Assembly (NCBI GenBank): GCA_031409275.1
Contig: JANNXA010000040.1
Coordinates: 1 to 64,000, forward strand
Length of the DNA: 64,000 bases
Source of the DNA: Planctomycetota bacterium
GTDB lineage: Bacteria > Planctomycetota > B15-G4 > SIAN01
Reading direction: 5' to 3'
Shown here: positions 29,073 through 38,343 of the stretch, piece after piece
Layout of the letters: every line of letters starts with the position of its first letter
Position numbering within the stretch: the stretch's first letter is position 1
Notes under the pieces: model-generated
Databases searched by the model: none
What the model saw: only the letters and a program-made list of their open reading frames with translations
What the model was told of the DNA's origin: nothing
Program-made: the position numbers and the translations under genes

Positions 29073-30149
29073 ATGCCGGTGGCCACCATCGATTGGAACG
29101 GGGAGCTGCCGGGAGCGGCGCGTCTGATCGATCAGACGCTGTTGCCCGACGAGGTGCGCTACCTCGAACTGACCACCGCCGAAGCGATGTGGGAGGCGAT
29201 CAAGGTGCTGCGCGTGCGCGGCGCGCCGGCGATCGGCATCGCCGCCGCGTACGGCCTCGTGCTCGGCGTGCAGCGCTTCGCCGGTGACGATCGCGCCGCG
29301 TTCGCCGAGCAGCGCCAGCGCGTCGTGGCCTACTTGCGCACCGCGCGCCCCACCGCCGTGAATCTCTTCTGGGCACTCGATCGGATGGAGCGCCGTGCCA
29401 AGGCCGACGAGCGGCGCAGCGTCGCCGAACAGCAGCGCGGCCTGTTGGCTGAAGCGCGCGCGATCCATGCCGAGGATCGCGCGACCTGCCGCGCCATCGG
29501 TCGCCACGGACTGCCGCTCGTCACGGATGGCTGCGTTGCCCTGACCCACTGCAATGCGGGCGGGCTCGCCACCGCCGACTACGGCACCGCGCTCGCGCCG
29601 ATGTTCGCCGCGCACGAGCTCGGCCGCCGCTTCAAGGTCTTCGCCGACGAGACGCGACCGCTGCTGCAGGGCGCGCGCCTCACCGCATGGGAGCTGCAAC
29701 AGGCGGGGATCGACGTCACGCTGATCTGCGACAACATGGCGGCGCTCGCCATGCGCGATCGCGAGGTCGACCTGGTCATCGTCGGCGCCGATCGCATCGC
29801 GGCCAACGGCGACACGGCGAACAAGATCGGCACCTACGGCGTCGCCGTGCTGGCGCGCCATCACGGCGTGCCCTTCTACGTCGCGGCTCCGAGCTCCACG
29901 TTCGATCGGAGTCTCGCGCACGGCAGCGCGATCCCGATCGAGGAGCGGGCTGCGGCCGAGATCACCCATGGCTTCGGCCGTGCCACCGCGCCGAAGGGGA
30001 TCGCCACCTGGAATCCCGCCTTCGATGTCACGCCGCACGACCTGATCGCCGGGATCATCACCGAACACGGAATCCTCGAGCGACCCGACACCCGTCGCGT
30101 CGCCGACTTCTTCGCGCACCACGATTCGCACCGGGGAGCACTCTCATGA
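29073..30149 (+). CDS. mtnA: S-methyl-5-thioribose-1-phosphate isomerase
   Basis: IDQTLLP, VRGAPAIG, RPTAVNL, THCNAGGLAT, DETRPLLQGARLTAWEL, GADRIAANGD, NPAFDVTP. Confidence 0.96.
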   Translation: MPVATIDWNGELPGAARLIDQTLLPDEVRYLELTTAEAMWEAIKVLRVRGAPAIGIAAAYGLVLGVQRFAGDDRAAFAEQRQRVVAYLRTARPTAVNLFWALDRMERRAKADERRSVAEQQRGLLAEARAIHAEDRATCRAIGRHGLPLVTDGCVALTHCNAGGLATADYGTALAPMFAAHELGRRFKVFADETRPLLQGARLTAWELQQAGIDVTLICDNMAALAMRDREVDLVIVGADRIAANGDTANKIGTYGVAVLARHHGVPFYVAAPSSTFDRSLAHGSAIPIEERAAAEITHGFGRATAPKGIATWNPAFDVTPHDLIAGIITEHGILERPDTRRVADFFAHHDSHRGALS

Positions 30150-30475
30150 CTCGACGTCTCGAAGAACCGCGCCAAGCGCTGGTCGATCCGCTCCTCGAAG
30201 TGAAGCCGGAAGTCGCGACGGGAGATGGCGAGCGCAAGCGGCGCCGCCGCAACGAACGCAACGCCGCGGCCTACGACGACGAAGTGTGCGAGCTGCTGCA
30301 GTCGATCGACAAGTGGCGACGCAAGAGCGGTCGCTCGTTCCCCGCCTGGAGCGAAGTGCTGCAACTGCTGAAGGAGCTCGGCTGGCGCAAGGTCGGTCCC
30401 GTTGCAGTGCCGGTCGCGACCACTCCGGCGGTCGTCGAGCCGCTCAGCGGAGGAAACCGTCCGCGCGACGCGTAG
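30146..30475 (+). CDS. Small conserved hypothetical protein (109 aa)
   Basis: ATGA-coupled to mtnA, GGGAG RBS. Motif IDKWRRKSGRSFPAWSEVLQLLKELGWRK resembles small proteins I recall from Planctomycetes. Confidence 0.75.
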   Translation: MTRRLEEPRQALVDPLLEVKPEVATGDGERKRRRRNERNAAAYDDEVCELLQSIDKWRRKSGRSFPAWSEVLQLLKELGWRKVGPVAVPVATTPAVVEPLSGGNRPRDA

Positions 30476-30491
30476 CTCGTCGGGCGGTTCT

Positions 30492-30651
30492 CAGCCCGTT
30501 GGAGAACTTCCCGTGTCGCCTGGCGGCGTCTTTCAAGCCGGTACTTCGTCGGAGTCTCTCGACAACTCACTGGGGAGTTGGCTTCGAACCTCCTCCTCGT
30601 CCCGACTCGAAATCCGCTCGCCAGACTCGCGGTGAGTTCGCCAACGGGCTG
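30492..30651. repeat. 160-bp palindromic MITE-like element, copy 1
   Basis: Terminal inverted repeats CAGCCCGTTGGAGAACT / AGTTCGCCAACGGGCTG (16 of 17 match). Near-identical copy at 59555-59714. Confidence 0.9.
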
Positions 30652-30694
30652 TTAGGCTCGCGCGGCTCCGTCTGCCACCGCTAGCTGAGCCGCC

Positions 30695-32536
30695 ATGCAC
30701 GCCACCGCGCAAGTCGCCGCCCGCCACCGCCTCTTCCACGGCGCCGCACTCGGTGCGCTGGCCGGCGGCCTCGCGGGGGCGGCGGAAGCGGCCGGCTTCG
30801 CGACTGCGCAGAGCCAGTACATCCGCAGCTTCGCGGAGTCGCTCGCGGTCTTCGGAACGCCGGTGTGGATTGGAGTCGCGGGCGGCTTGTTGGGCGGGCT
30901 GCTGCTCGCGCGCCTCTTCGCGCGGGCGCCGATGCTGATCGTGCTGCCGTTCCTTGGCGTGGTGGCGGCGGTGCTCCGTTGGCGGCGAACCGACTTCGCG
31001 GGCGGCGCATGGCGCACGACCGCATTGGTGGCCGCCGTCGGGATGGTCGTGCTCACGCTGCAACGTCGGCCGTCACGCCCCCATCGCGTGGTCGGCGCCG
31101 CGCTCGCGCTGCTGCTGGCGTGGCCGCTCGCCGCACTCGCGGCGCTCGCGCTGGCGCGGGAGGAGACGCCGCCGATCGCCGCCGCGCGACCGGCCGCCGC
31201 ATCGACGCCGCTCGCGCAAGACGCGCCCGAACGCGTCGTGCTGGTGACTTGGGACACGGTGCGAGCCGACGTGCTGCCGGTGTTTGGCGGTGGCGGCCTC
31301 GCGACGCCGAACCTCGACCGACTGGCGAGCGAGGGGATCCTCTTCGAGAAGACGCTCGCCGTCGCGCCGATCACCGGCCCGGCCCACCTCTCGATCCTCA
31401 CCGGACTCGAGCCGCCGCGCCACGGCCTGCGCAGCAATGGCGATCCGGCGCCGGCCGCCGTCGGCCCCCACCTCGCGGCGCTGCTGCAAGGGGCGGGCTT
31501 CACGACCGCGGGTTTCGTCAGCAACCTCGCGCTGATGCGCCGCAGCGGCTTCGATCGCGGCTTCTCGCTCTTCGACGATCGACCGGCCGCCCCGCCGCTG
31601 GCGCGCTTGATCTCCATGGCGCGACTCGGCTCGACGTTCCTGCAGCGCCTGCTGCCGGCGGAACTCGCCGCCGCCGCCCATCAGACGCCAGGAGAGGAGA
31701 CGCTGCGACGCGCCAAGGAGTGGCTCGCGACGGCGCCGCCGCGCGCCTTCTTGTGGACCCACTTCTACGACGCGCACGCACCCTACGACCCGCATGAGCC
31801 CTACGCGTCGCGCACGCGCGCACGCGCCGACGAGGGGCTGCGCGCCGTCGATCCGCGCGCGCAGGCGGACGTCATCTCGCAACGCGGAGAGATCGAGCAC
31901 CTCGACGCGCTGCTCGGCGAGCTGCGCGAGGCGCTCGAGACCAGCGATCCGGGCCTCGAGAAGACGCTGCTCCTCGTCGTCGCGGACCACGGCGAGTGCT
32001 TCGGCGAAGGCGGGCTGCGCGGCCACCACCAGAGTCTGCTGCATGCGACGCAGCACGTGCCGCTGCTGATCCGGACGCACGGCGCCCATCCTCAGCACGC
32101 CACGCTGGCCGGGCTGCGCGTGAGCGATGCCACCAGCCAGATCGACGTCCTGCCGACCGTGCTCGCGGCGGTCGGACTTCCTGCGGAGCAGGAGGCGCAC
32201 GGCATCGACCTGCTGACACTGGCGATGGGCGGCGAAGCGCCCGCGCGCGGCTTCTACCTCGAGGCGTTCCAGCATGCGCTCGGCGGCAAGCGGCTGCAGG
32301 GTTGGACGGAAGCGGGCTGGAAGTACCTGCGCGATCAGGCCGGCCACGAGCAGCTGCTGCGCCTCGCTGCGGACGGTCGCGAAACCCACGTCGACGACAA
32401 CGGACGCCTCGCCGACTTGCGTGCGCGCCTCGACGCGTGGATCGCGGAACATCCGCAAGCAGGAGGCGCCGGCAGCGCGCCACTGTCGAGCGCCGATGCC
32501 GAAGCGTTGAAGGCGCTCGGCTACGCCGACAAGTAG
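30695..32536 (+). CDS. Membrane-anchored sulfatase-like (alkaline phosphatase superfamily) protein
   Basis: N-terminal TMs; LVTWDTVRAD, TPNLDRLA, TGPAHLSILTG, HFYDAHAPY, ADHGE, C-terminal LKALGY. Confidence 0.88.
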   Translation: MHATAQVAARHRLFHGAALGALAGGLAGAAEAAGFATAQSQYIRSFAESLAVFGTPVWIGVAGGLLGGLLLARLFARAPMLIVLPFLGVVAAVLRWRRTDFAGGAWRTTALVAAVGMVVLTLQRRPSRPHRVVGAALALLLAWPLAALAALALAREETPPIAAARPAAASTPLAQDAPERVVLVTWDTVRADVLPVFGGGGLATPNLDRLASEGILFEKTLAVAPITGPAHLSILTGLEPPRHGLRSNGDPAPAAVGPHLAALLQGAGFTTAGFVSNLALMRRSGFDRGFSLFDDRPAAPPLARLISMARLGSTFLQRLLPAELAAAAHQTPGEETLRRAKEWLATAPPRAFLWTHFYDAHAPYDPHEPYASRTRARADEGLRAVDPRAQADVISQRGEIEHLDALLGELREALETSDPGLEKTLLLVVADHGECFGEGGLRGHHQSLLHATQHVPLLIRTHGAHPQHATLAGLRVSDATSQIDVLPTVLAAVGLPAEQEAHGIDLLTLAMGGEAPARGFYLEAFQHALGGKRLQGWTEAGWKYLRDQAGHEQLLRLAADGRETHVDDNGRLADLRARLDAWIAEHPQAGGAGSAPLSSADAEALKALGYADK

Positions 32537-32542
32537 CTCCCG

Positions 32543-34096
32543 TCAGCGGGCGACCACGAAGGCTCGCAGCGCCGCCACCACTGCGTCGGGCCGCTCGACC
32601 GGCAGATAGTGGCCGCTGCCGTCGATGATCGCGACCGTGCTGCCACGGATCGCGGTGGCGAAGCGGCGCGCGTGCAGCGATGGCGGGAAGTTGCGATCCC
32701 CTGCTCCCCAGAGCAGGAGCGTCGGCAACGCCAGCGTGGCGATCGCCGCCTGCGCATGCCCCTCTTCATCGCGCGCGAGATCGATCATCGTCCGCCAGTT
32801 CGCCGCCGAGTCGAGCACGAGGTAGTTCTCCTGCGCCTCGTCCTCCGGCACCGCTCCGACGAAGGAGATGCGCAGCGCGTCGCGCGTGTCGTCGAGCGAT
32901 GTCAGCAAGCGCCCGAACGGCGCCAACGGATGGCGTTTGAGCGGCAGCTCCTCGTCGGGCACTTCGACGTCCGGTCGATGGAAGCCGGAGCTGTCGATCA
33001 GCACCAGCTGCGTCACTCGATCGGGATGGGACGCCGCGAGTCGCAACGCCACCTCACCGCCATACGAGTGGCCGACCACCACCAACGGCGGCGCGCCCAC
33101 CGCGGCCAGGAACTGAGCGAGGAACTCGACCTGCGCCTCGAACGTGCAGGGAGCTGGCAGGGGCGTCGTCGCGCCGTGGCCCGGCAGGTCGGGCACCAGC
33201 AGCTCGAAATCCTCCGCGAGCCCGCGGTAGTCGATGCCATGAACGGTGCGACCGCTGCGGATCAGATGGGTGAACGTGAAGAGGGTCGAGGGAGTGCCGT
33301 GGATCAGCAGCAGCGGCGGCCGTCGGGGAGCGCCGCTCGGCGGTCGCGAGTGCCACCATCGAACCGAGAGAGACGTCGTGCCGCGGGCATGCCGGAACTG
33401 GAGCGGGAGCGTTGCAAGCTCCGCTCCCGCGAGCGGAGCGTTCTTGGCCAATCGCAACAGCGCCGCATGAACCGAAGCCGGACTGCGTCCGCCACCGACG
33501 AACGGCAGCACCACGCCGCACGCCACCAGGATGATCGCGCCAACGGCGATGCGGCGCCGCGACGTCGTCGAGGGAGTGGTCGTCGCGACGGCGGCGGCCC
33601 ACTCGAGCAGCAGCGGCGTCGCCACCGCCCACGCCAGCCCGATGAGGATCAGCGGCGCCAACAGCGGTCGCGTCAACGTCACCGCGCCGAAGCGCTCGGC
33701 GCCGAGGAACGACGAGCCCGAGCCGATGGCGCCGAACAACACTGCAAGCCACGTCCGCGCGCCGAGCCATCGCAGCGGACCGCGCAAGGCCGTCGCAAAG
33801 AGCGCCCACAGGCCGCTGATCCAGAGCGGGCAGAGACCGACGGCGAGACGGCCACCGGGCGGATAGGCCAGCACGCCCCACTGCTCGAACGCCGTGTCGA
33901 TTCCGGTGCCAAAGAGCGCGATGGCCAGCACGATCGCGGCTTCGTGCACCCGCCGGCCCGCGCCGGTGCGAGCGACGTGAAAGAGGAGCAGCGCGACGGT
34001 GGTCGCGACGCCCCACCACGGCCGCCCGGCACCCGCCGCGGCGACGTTGGCGAACCATCCGGCCTGGAACAGGACGAACCCGAGCCAGCCGGTCAT
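32543..34096 (-). CDS. DUF2878 membrane domain fused to alpha/beta hydrolase
   Basis: N-terminal FQAGWF...PLWISGLWALFATAL...GSSFLGAERFGAV is DUF2878-like. C-terminal LLIHG, DLPGHG, GHSYGG, WGAGD, SGHY. Confidence 0.8.
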   Translation of the reverse strand: MTGWLGFVLFQAGWFANVAAAGAGRPWWGVATTVALLLFHVARTGAGRRVHEAAIVLAIALFGTGIDTAFEQWGVLAYPPGGRLAVGLCPLWISGLWALFATALRGPLRWLGARTWLAVLFGAIGSGSSFLGAERFGAVTLTRPLLAPLILIGLAWAVATPLLLEWAAAVATTTPSTTSRRRIAVGAIILVACGVVLPFVGGGRSPASVHAALLRLAKNAPLAGAELATLPLQFRHARGTTSLSVRWWHSRPPSGAPRRPPLLLIHGTPSTLFTFTHLIRSGRTVHGIDYRGLAEDFELLVPDLPGHGATTPLPAPCTFEAQVEFLAQFLAAVGAPPLVVVGHSYGGEVALRLAASHPDRVTQLVLIDSSGFHRPDVEVPDEELPLKRHPLAPFGRLLTSLDDTRDALRISFVGAVPEDEAQENYLVLDSAANWRTMIDLARDEEGHAQAAIATLALPTLLLWGAGDRNFPPSLHARRFATAIRGSTVAIIDGSGHYLPVERPDAVVAALRAFVVAR

Positions 34097-35349
34097 CGAC
34101 GGGGCGCCGGCGCGGGCAACGGCGGCAACATCGGAGCAAAACGGCAGCGCTCGCGATCGAACCGCATCTGCACGTCGCCGATCACGCGCTCCTCGAAGCC
34201 GCCCTCGCAGTAGGCGAAGTAGTACTCCCACGCGCGCACCTGCGCGTCCGTGACCCCCATTCGCGCCAACGCCGGCCGTTCCGCGAGGAAACGCAGGCGC
34301 CACTCGCGCAACGTCCGCGCGTAGTGCGGCCCGATCTCGTCGAGCGCGACGAGGCGCAGGTCGCTCGCCTTCGCCGCTGCTCGCGTCAGTGCGCTCACCG
34401 ACGGGATGCAACTGCCAGGGAAGATGTACTTCTGGATGAAGTCGACCGAGCGACGCGCGGCGTCGTAGTGCGCATCGGCGATGACGATCGATTGGATCAC
34501 CGCGGTCCCGTAGGGCACGAGCCGGCGCGCCAGCGTGGCGAAGAAGGTCGGGAACTGGCGCCAGCCGATCGCCTCGACCATCTCGACCGAAACGACCTTG
34601 TCGTAGATGCCGGTCAAGTCGCGGTAGTCCTCGAGGCGCACGTCGACGCGATCGGCGAGTCCGGCGGCGCGGACCTTCTCCACGGCGACCTCATGCTGAC
34701 GGCGCGAGATCGTGGTGGTGGTGACACGACAGCCGTAGCGCGACGCCGCATGGACCGCCAACGCGCCCCAACCCGTTCCGACCTCCAGCAGATGGTCGCC
34801 TGGCACCAGCTCGAGTCGACGACACAGTCGATCGAGCTTCGCCAGTTGCGCCTGCGCGAGCGTCGCCTCCGGTTGCTCCCAGATCGCGCAGGAGTAGGTC
34901 ATCGACTCGTCGAGGAAGAGGCGGAAGAAGTCGTTGCCGAGGTCGTAGTGGTCGGCGATGTTGCGGCGCGCGCCGTCGCGATCGTTGCGGCGCGACGCAT
35001 GGGCGAGACGCAGCAGAGGCAGCGCCAGGCGCGCCAGCCCCGACTCGACCTGCTCGTTCAGCACGCGATTGCGCGCGAAGAGACGCACCAGGGCGACGAG
35101 ATCGCTGCAGCGCCATTCGCCCGCCATGTACGACTCGCCGGCGCCGATCGAGCCGCGCAGCGCCAGGCGCCACCAGAACTCGGGGTCGACGACTTCGATC
35201 GTGACGCGACACGGGAACTCTTCGCTCGCGCGTCCGAACGTCACCCGCGTCGCGCCCTCGACCACGGTGAGCTCGCCCTCTGCGAGCGCGGCGAGGCGCG
35301 CCTGCACGGCGCGTGCGACCTGGCGCGTGAGCCATGAGCGCGCGGCCAT
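34093..35349 (-). CDS. cfa: Cyclopropane-fatty-acyl-phospholipid synthase-family methyltransferase (UfaM/UfaA1-like)
   Basis: GESYMAG, NIADHYDLGNDFF, MTYSCA, LEVGTGWG, SVEMVEA, FIQKYIFPG, YFAYCEGGF. Confidence 0.92.
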   Translation of the reverse strand: MAARSWLTRQVARAVQARLAALAEGELTVVEGATRVTFGRASEEFPCRVTIEVVDPEFWWRLALRGSIGAGESYMAGEWRCSDLVALVRLFARNRVLNEQVESGLARLALPLLRLAHASRRNDRDGARRNIADHYDLGNDFFRLFLDESMTYSCAIWEQPEATLAQAQLAKLDRLCRRLELVPGDHLLEVGTGWGALAVHAASRYGCRVTTTTISRRQHEVAVEKVRAAGLADRVDVRLEDYRDLTGIYDKVVSVEMVEAIGWRQFPTFFATLARRLVPYGTAVIQSIVIADAHYDAARRSVDFIQKYIFPGSCIPSVSALTRAAAKASDLRLVALDEIGPHYARTLREWRLRFLAERPALARMGVTDAQVRAWEYYFAYCEGGFEERVIGDVQMRFDRERCRFAPMLPPLPAPAPRR

Positions 35350-36122
35350 CAACGCTCTCCTTCAGGGGTCGCGACCGCGCGCGGATGGGGATGGAACTTC
35401 GCGCGCTTGAACCACAGCTTGAGCGCCTGCCAGTAGATCGCACCGATCACCTTCGCGGTGATGAACGGATGACGCGCCAGCGCGACCGCCAGCGAGCGGC
35501 CGTCGATGGCGCGACGCTCCATGGTGAGCGTCGCGTCGAACCAGCGCTGCTCGCCACGCCGATTCTCCATGTGCACCACGAGCGCCTCGCCGGCGAGGCG
35601 GAAGGACCAGTGGTAGTCGTAGTCCATCGGCAGGAACGGCGAGACGTGGAACTCCTTGCGGAACTTCGCCTCGACCTGCAGCGGTCGCCCGCTCCCGTCA
35701 GGGACGCGCACGACGTAGGCGTGACGCTCGTTCCATGGCGTGTTGGTGATGTCGGCGACGACCGCCTCCACCGTCTCCCCGTCCGCGGCAAAGCAGTAGT
35801 AGAAGGTCACCGGATTGAAGATGAAGCCGAAGCAGCGCAGGTGCGTCAGCATCCGGACCGGTCCAACGGGACGTCGGCCGAGCTCCGCCGCGACGCGATC
35901 GCGCACCGCGTCCGCGAGCGGTCGCGCCGGATCCCCGAAGTAGTCGGCGCGGCGAAATCGTGCGAGCGCGAAGCGTCGAGTCGACCACAGCCAACGGCCG
36001 CGGAAGACGACGTCGAGCTCGTCGAGGTCGAGCCAGAGCATGAAGAGGCGGTAGTGGAAGTCGCCGGCCGGCGCTTCGACGCGACGATGGCGTACGTCGC
36101 CGAAGTAGAGCGCGCTGTTCAC
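35349..36122 (-). CDS. DUF1365 protein (UfaO-like)
   Basis: HRR, FNPVTFYYC, ITNTPWNERHAY, KEFHVSPF, IYWQALKLW. Confidence 0.92.
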   Translation of the reverse strand: MNSALYFGDVRHRRVEAPAGDFHYRLFMLWLDLDELDVVFRGRWLWSTRRFALARFRRADYFGDPARPLADAVRDRVAAELGRRPVGPVRMLTHLRCFGFIFNPVTFYYCFAADGETVEAVVADITNTPWNERHAYVVRVPDGSGRPLQVEAKFRKEFHVSPFLPMDYDYHWSFRLAGEALVVHMENRRGEQRWFDATLTMERRAIDGRSLAVALARHPFITAKVIGAIYWQALKLWFKRAKFHPHPRAVATPEGER

Positions 36123-37378
36123 CGCAGCTCCTGTCCGAACGCGCGCGCGACCCGCAATCCGCTCTGCACGCCATCCTCGTGGAAGCCGAAGCCCCAATAG
36201 GCGCCGCAGTAGTGCGTGCGCGCGACGCCGCTGATCTCGGCCCAGCGCGCCTGGGCGGCGAAGCCCGCCGGCGTGTAGACGGGATGGTGATAGGTCATGC
36301 GGCGCAGGACGCGGCCAGCGTCGATCGAATCGCCGCGGTTCAGCGTCACCAGGAACGGCTCGGGCGAATCGAGCGACTGCAATTCGTTCATGTGGTAGGT
36401 GACGGTGACCTTGTGGCGCGGCACGTTCGGCGCGAAGTAGTTCCAGCTCGCCCACGCGCGACGCGAGCGCGGCATGACCGTCGCATCGTGATGGAGGAGC
36501 GCCTCGTTCGCTTGATAGGGCAGTGCGCCCAGCACCGCGGCTTCGGCCGCCGTCGGGTCGGCGAGCACCTTCAAGGCCTGGTCGGAGTGGAGCGCCAGCA
36601 CGACGTGATCGAACCGTTCGCGACCGGCCCGGCTTTCCACCTCGACGCCGTCGCGGTCGCGACGGATGGCGGCGACCGGGCAGGAGAGGCGCACGCGATC
36701 GCGCAGCGGCGCGACCAACGCGTCGACGTAGCGCTGCGACCCGCCCGCGACGACGCGCCACTGCGGCCGCCCTTCGACCTGCAGCATCCCGTGGTGGTCG
36801 AAGAAGTGGACGAAGGGGCGGACCGGGAAATCGGTGACGCGCGCTGCGGGCGTCGACCACAACGACGCCGCCATCGGCACCACGTAGTCGTCGATCAGCT
36901 CGCGCGCGAAACGCCGCCGCATGAGCCACGCACCAAGCGTCTCGTCCGCCGCGGCCCCCTCGCCAGGCGGCGCGGCCAGCAGCTCGCGCGCCTCGCGGTT
37001 GAACCGCAGGATCTCGCGCACCATGCGCCAGAACGAGGGTCGCAGCAGATTGCGCCGCTGCGCGAACAGGCGGTTCAGGTCGGTGCCGTTGTATTCGAGG
37101 CCAGATCGCTCCGCCTGCACGCTGAAGCTCATCGAACTGTCTTGCGCGGTGACGCCCAACCGTTCGAGCAGGCGCGTGAAGCCGGGATAGTTGCGCGTGT
37201 TGAAAACGATGAAACCGGAGTCGACCGCGAAGCGGCGCCCCGCGGCCTCGAGCTCGTGCGTATGGACGTGGCCGCCGAGGCGATCGTCCGCCTCGAAGAG
37301 CGTGATCTCATGGACCGGATGGAGCAGCCACGCGACGACGAGGCCCGAGACGCCGCTGCCGACGACGGCGACCTTCAC
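36119..37378 (-). CDS. FAD-dependent oxidoreductase (COG2907, UfaD-like)
   Basis: VVGSGVSGL, RLGGH, VDSGFIVFN, AWASWNY, YHHP, GAYWGFGFHEDG. Confidence 0.92.
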   Translation of the reverse strand: MKVAVVGSGVSGLVVAWLLHPVHEITLFEADDRLGGHVHTHELEAAGRRFAVDSGFIVFNTRNYPGFTRLLERLGVTAQDSSMSFSVQAERSGLEYNGTDLNRLFAQRRNLLRPSFWRMVREILRFNREARELLAAPPGEGAAADETLGAWLMRRRFARELIDDYVVPMAASLWSTPAARVTDFPVRPFVHFFDHHGMLQVEGRPQWRVVAGGSQRYVDALVAPLRDRVRLSCPVAAIRRDRDGVEVESRAGRERFDHVVLALHSDQALKVLADPTAAEAAVLGALPYQANEALLHHDATVMPRSRRAWASWNYFAPNVPRHKVTVTYHMNELQSLDSPEPFLVTLNRGDSIDAGRVLRRMTYHHPVYTPAGFAAQARWAEISGVARTHYCGAYWGFGFHEDGVQSGLRVARAFGQELR

Positions 37379-38343
37379 GAAGCACGGCTCCGGTCGCTGA
37401 CGCCGCGGTCGCGCACCTCGGCCGGCACGTCGCGCAGCCCGCGCACGATCCCGACCGCGGCGAGCAGGCGGAGCACGAGCCAGCTGATGTCGAGCTCGTG
37501 TGGTCGGAAACCCTGGCGCGCCGCCGCGGGGTAGTGGTGATGGTTGTTGTGCCATCCCTCGCCGAACGTCAGCAGCGCGAGCCAGACGTTGTTGCGGCTC
37601 GCGTCCGGCGTCTCGTAGCGACGCGTGCCGAAGACGTGGGCGAGCGAGTTGATGGTGAACGTGCAGTGGTAGAGCACGACGGTCGAGATACAGAAGCCCC
37701 ACACGACGAGCTGCCACCCCGTCGCTCCCGTCTCCGGCCACCAATGCGCGCAGGCGGCACCGGCAGCGTAGAGCGCCGCGAACAGGAACGCCGGCACCGC
37801 GACGTCGAAGCGATCGAGGAAGCGCAGCTCCGGAAAACGTGCGAGGTCGGGGACGTTCTGGATCCGCGTCGGGAAGTTTCGGCGAGAGAGGAACCAGCCG
37901 ACATGGCTCCACCAGAAACCGTGCACGACCGGCGAGTGGGCGTCCGCGGGCTGATCGGAGAACCGGTGGTGATCGCGGTGATGCGCCGCCCACCACAGCG
38001 GCCCGCGCTGGATCGCCGCGGCGCCGAGGCAGGCGAAGAAGAACTGCCAGCCGCGCGAAGTCTCGAACGCGCGGTGCGAGAAATAGCGGTGATAGAAGGC
38101 CGTCAGCGCGAACATCCGCACGGCGTAGAGCCCCGCCGCAACCGCGACGGCGACCACGCTCGCGCCGACCCACGCCACGGCGAGGCAGCCCAGATGGATC
38201 AGCACGAACGGAACGACGCGCGGCCAGTCGATCTTGTCGCGCGTCTCCTGCGCCGCATCCGGCTCGATCGCCTCGGAGTCGATCCAGGCGCCGAGCGCGC
38301 GCCAGCCGCCTACCGCTCGCTTCGATGGCGTCGCCGTCTCCAT
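37375..38343 (-). CDS. Delta-9-type acyl-CoA/acyl-lipid desaturase
   Basis: His boxes HRYFSH, HRDHH, GEGWHNNHH. Confidence 0.93.
   Translation of the reverse strand: METATPSKRAVGGWRALGAWIDSEAIEPDAAQETRDKIDWPRVVPFVLIHLGCLAVAWVGASVVAVAVAAGLYAVRMFALTAFYHRYFSHRAFETSRGWQFFFACLGAAAIQRGPLWWAAHHRDHHRFSDQPADAHSPVVHGFWWSHVGWFLSRRNFPTRIQNVPDLARFPELRFLDRFDVAVPAFLFAALYAAGAACAHWWPETGATGWQLVVWGFCISTVVLYHCTFTINSLAHVFGTRRYETPDASRNNVWLALLTFGEGWHNNHHHYPAAARQGFRPHELDISWLVLRLLAAVGIVRGLRDVPAEVRDRGVSDRSRAS

Noticed and set aside
30286..30684. ORFs running through the 160-bp element
   Set aside because: No transposase motifs; the frames are open by chance across a palindromic repeat.
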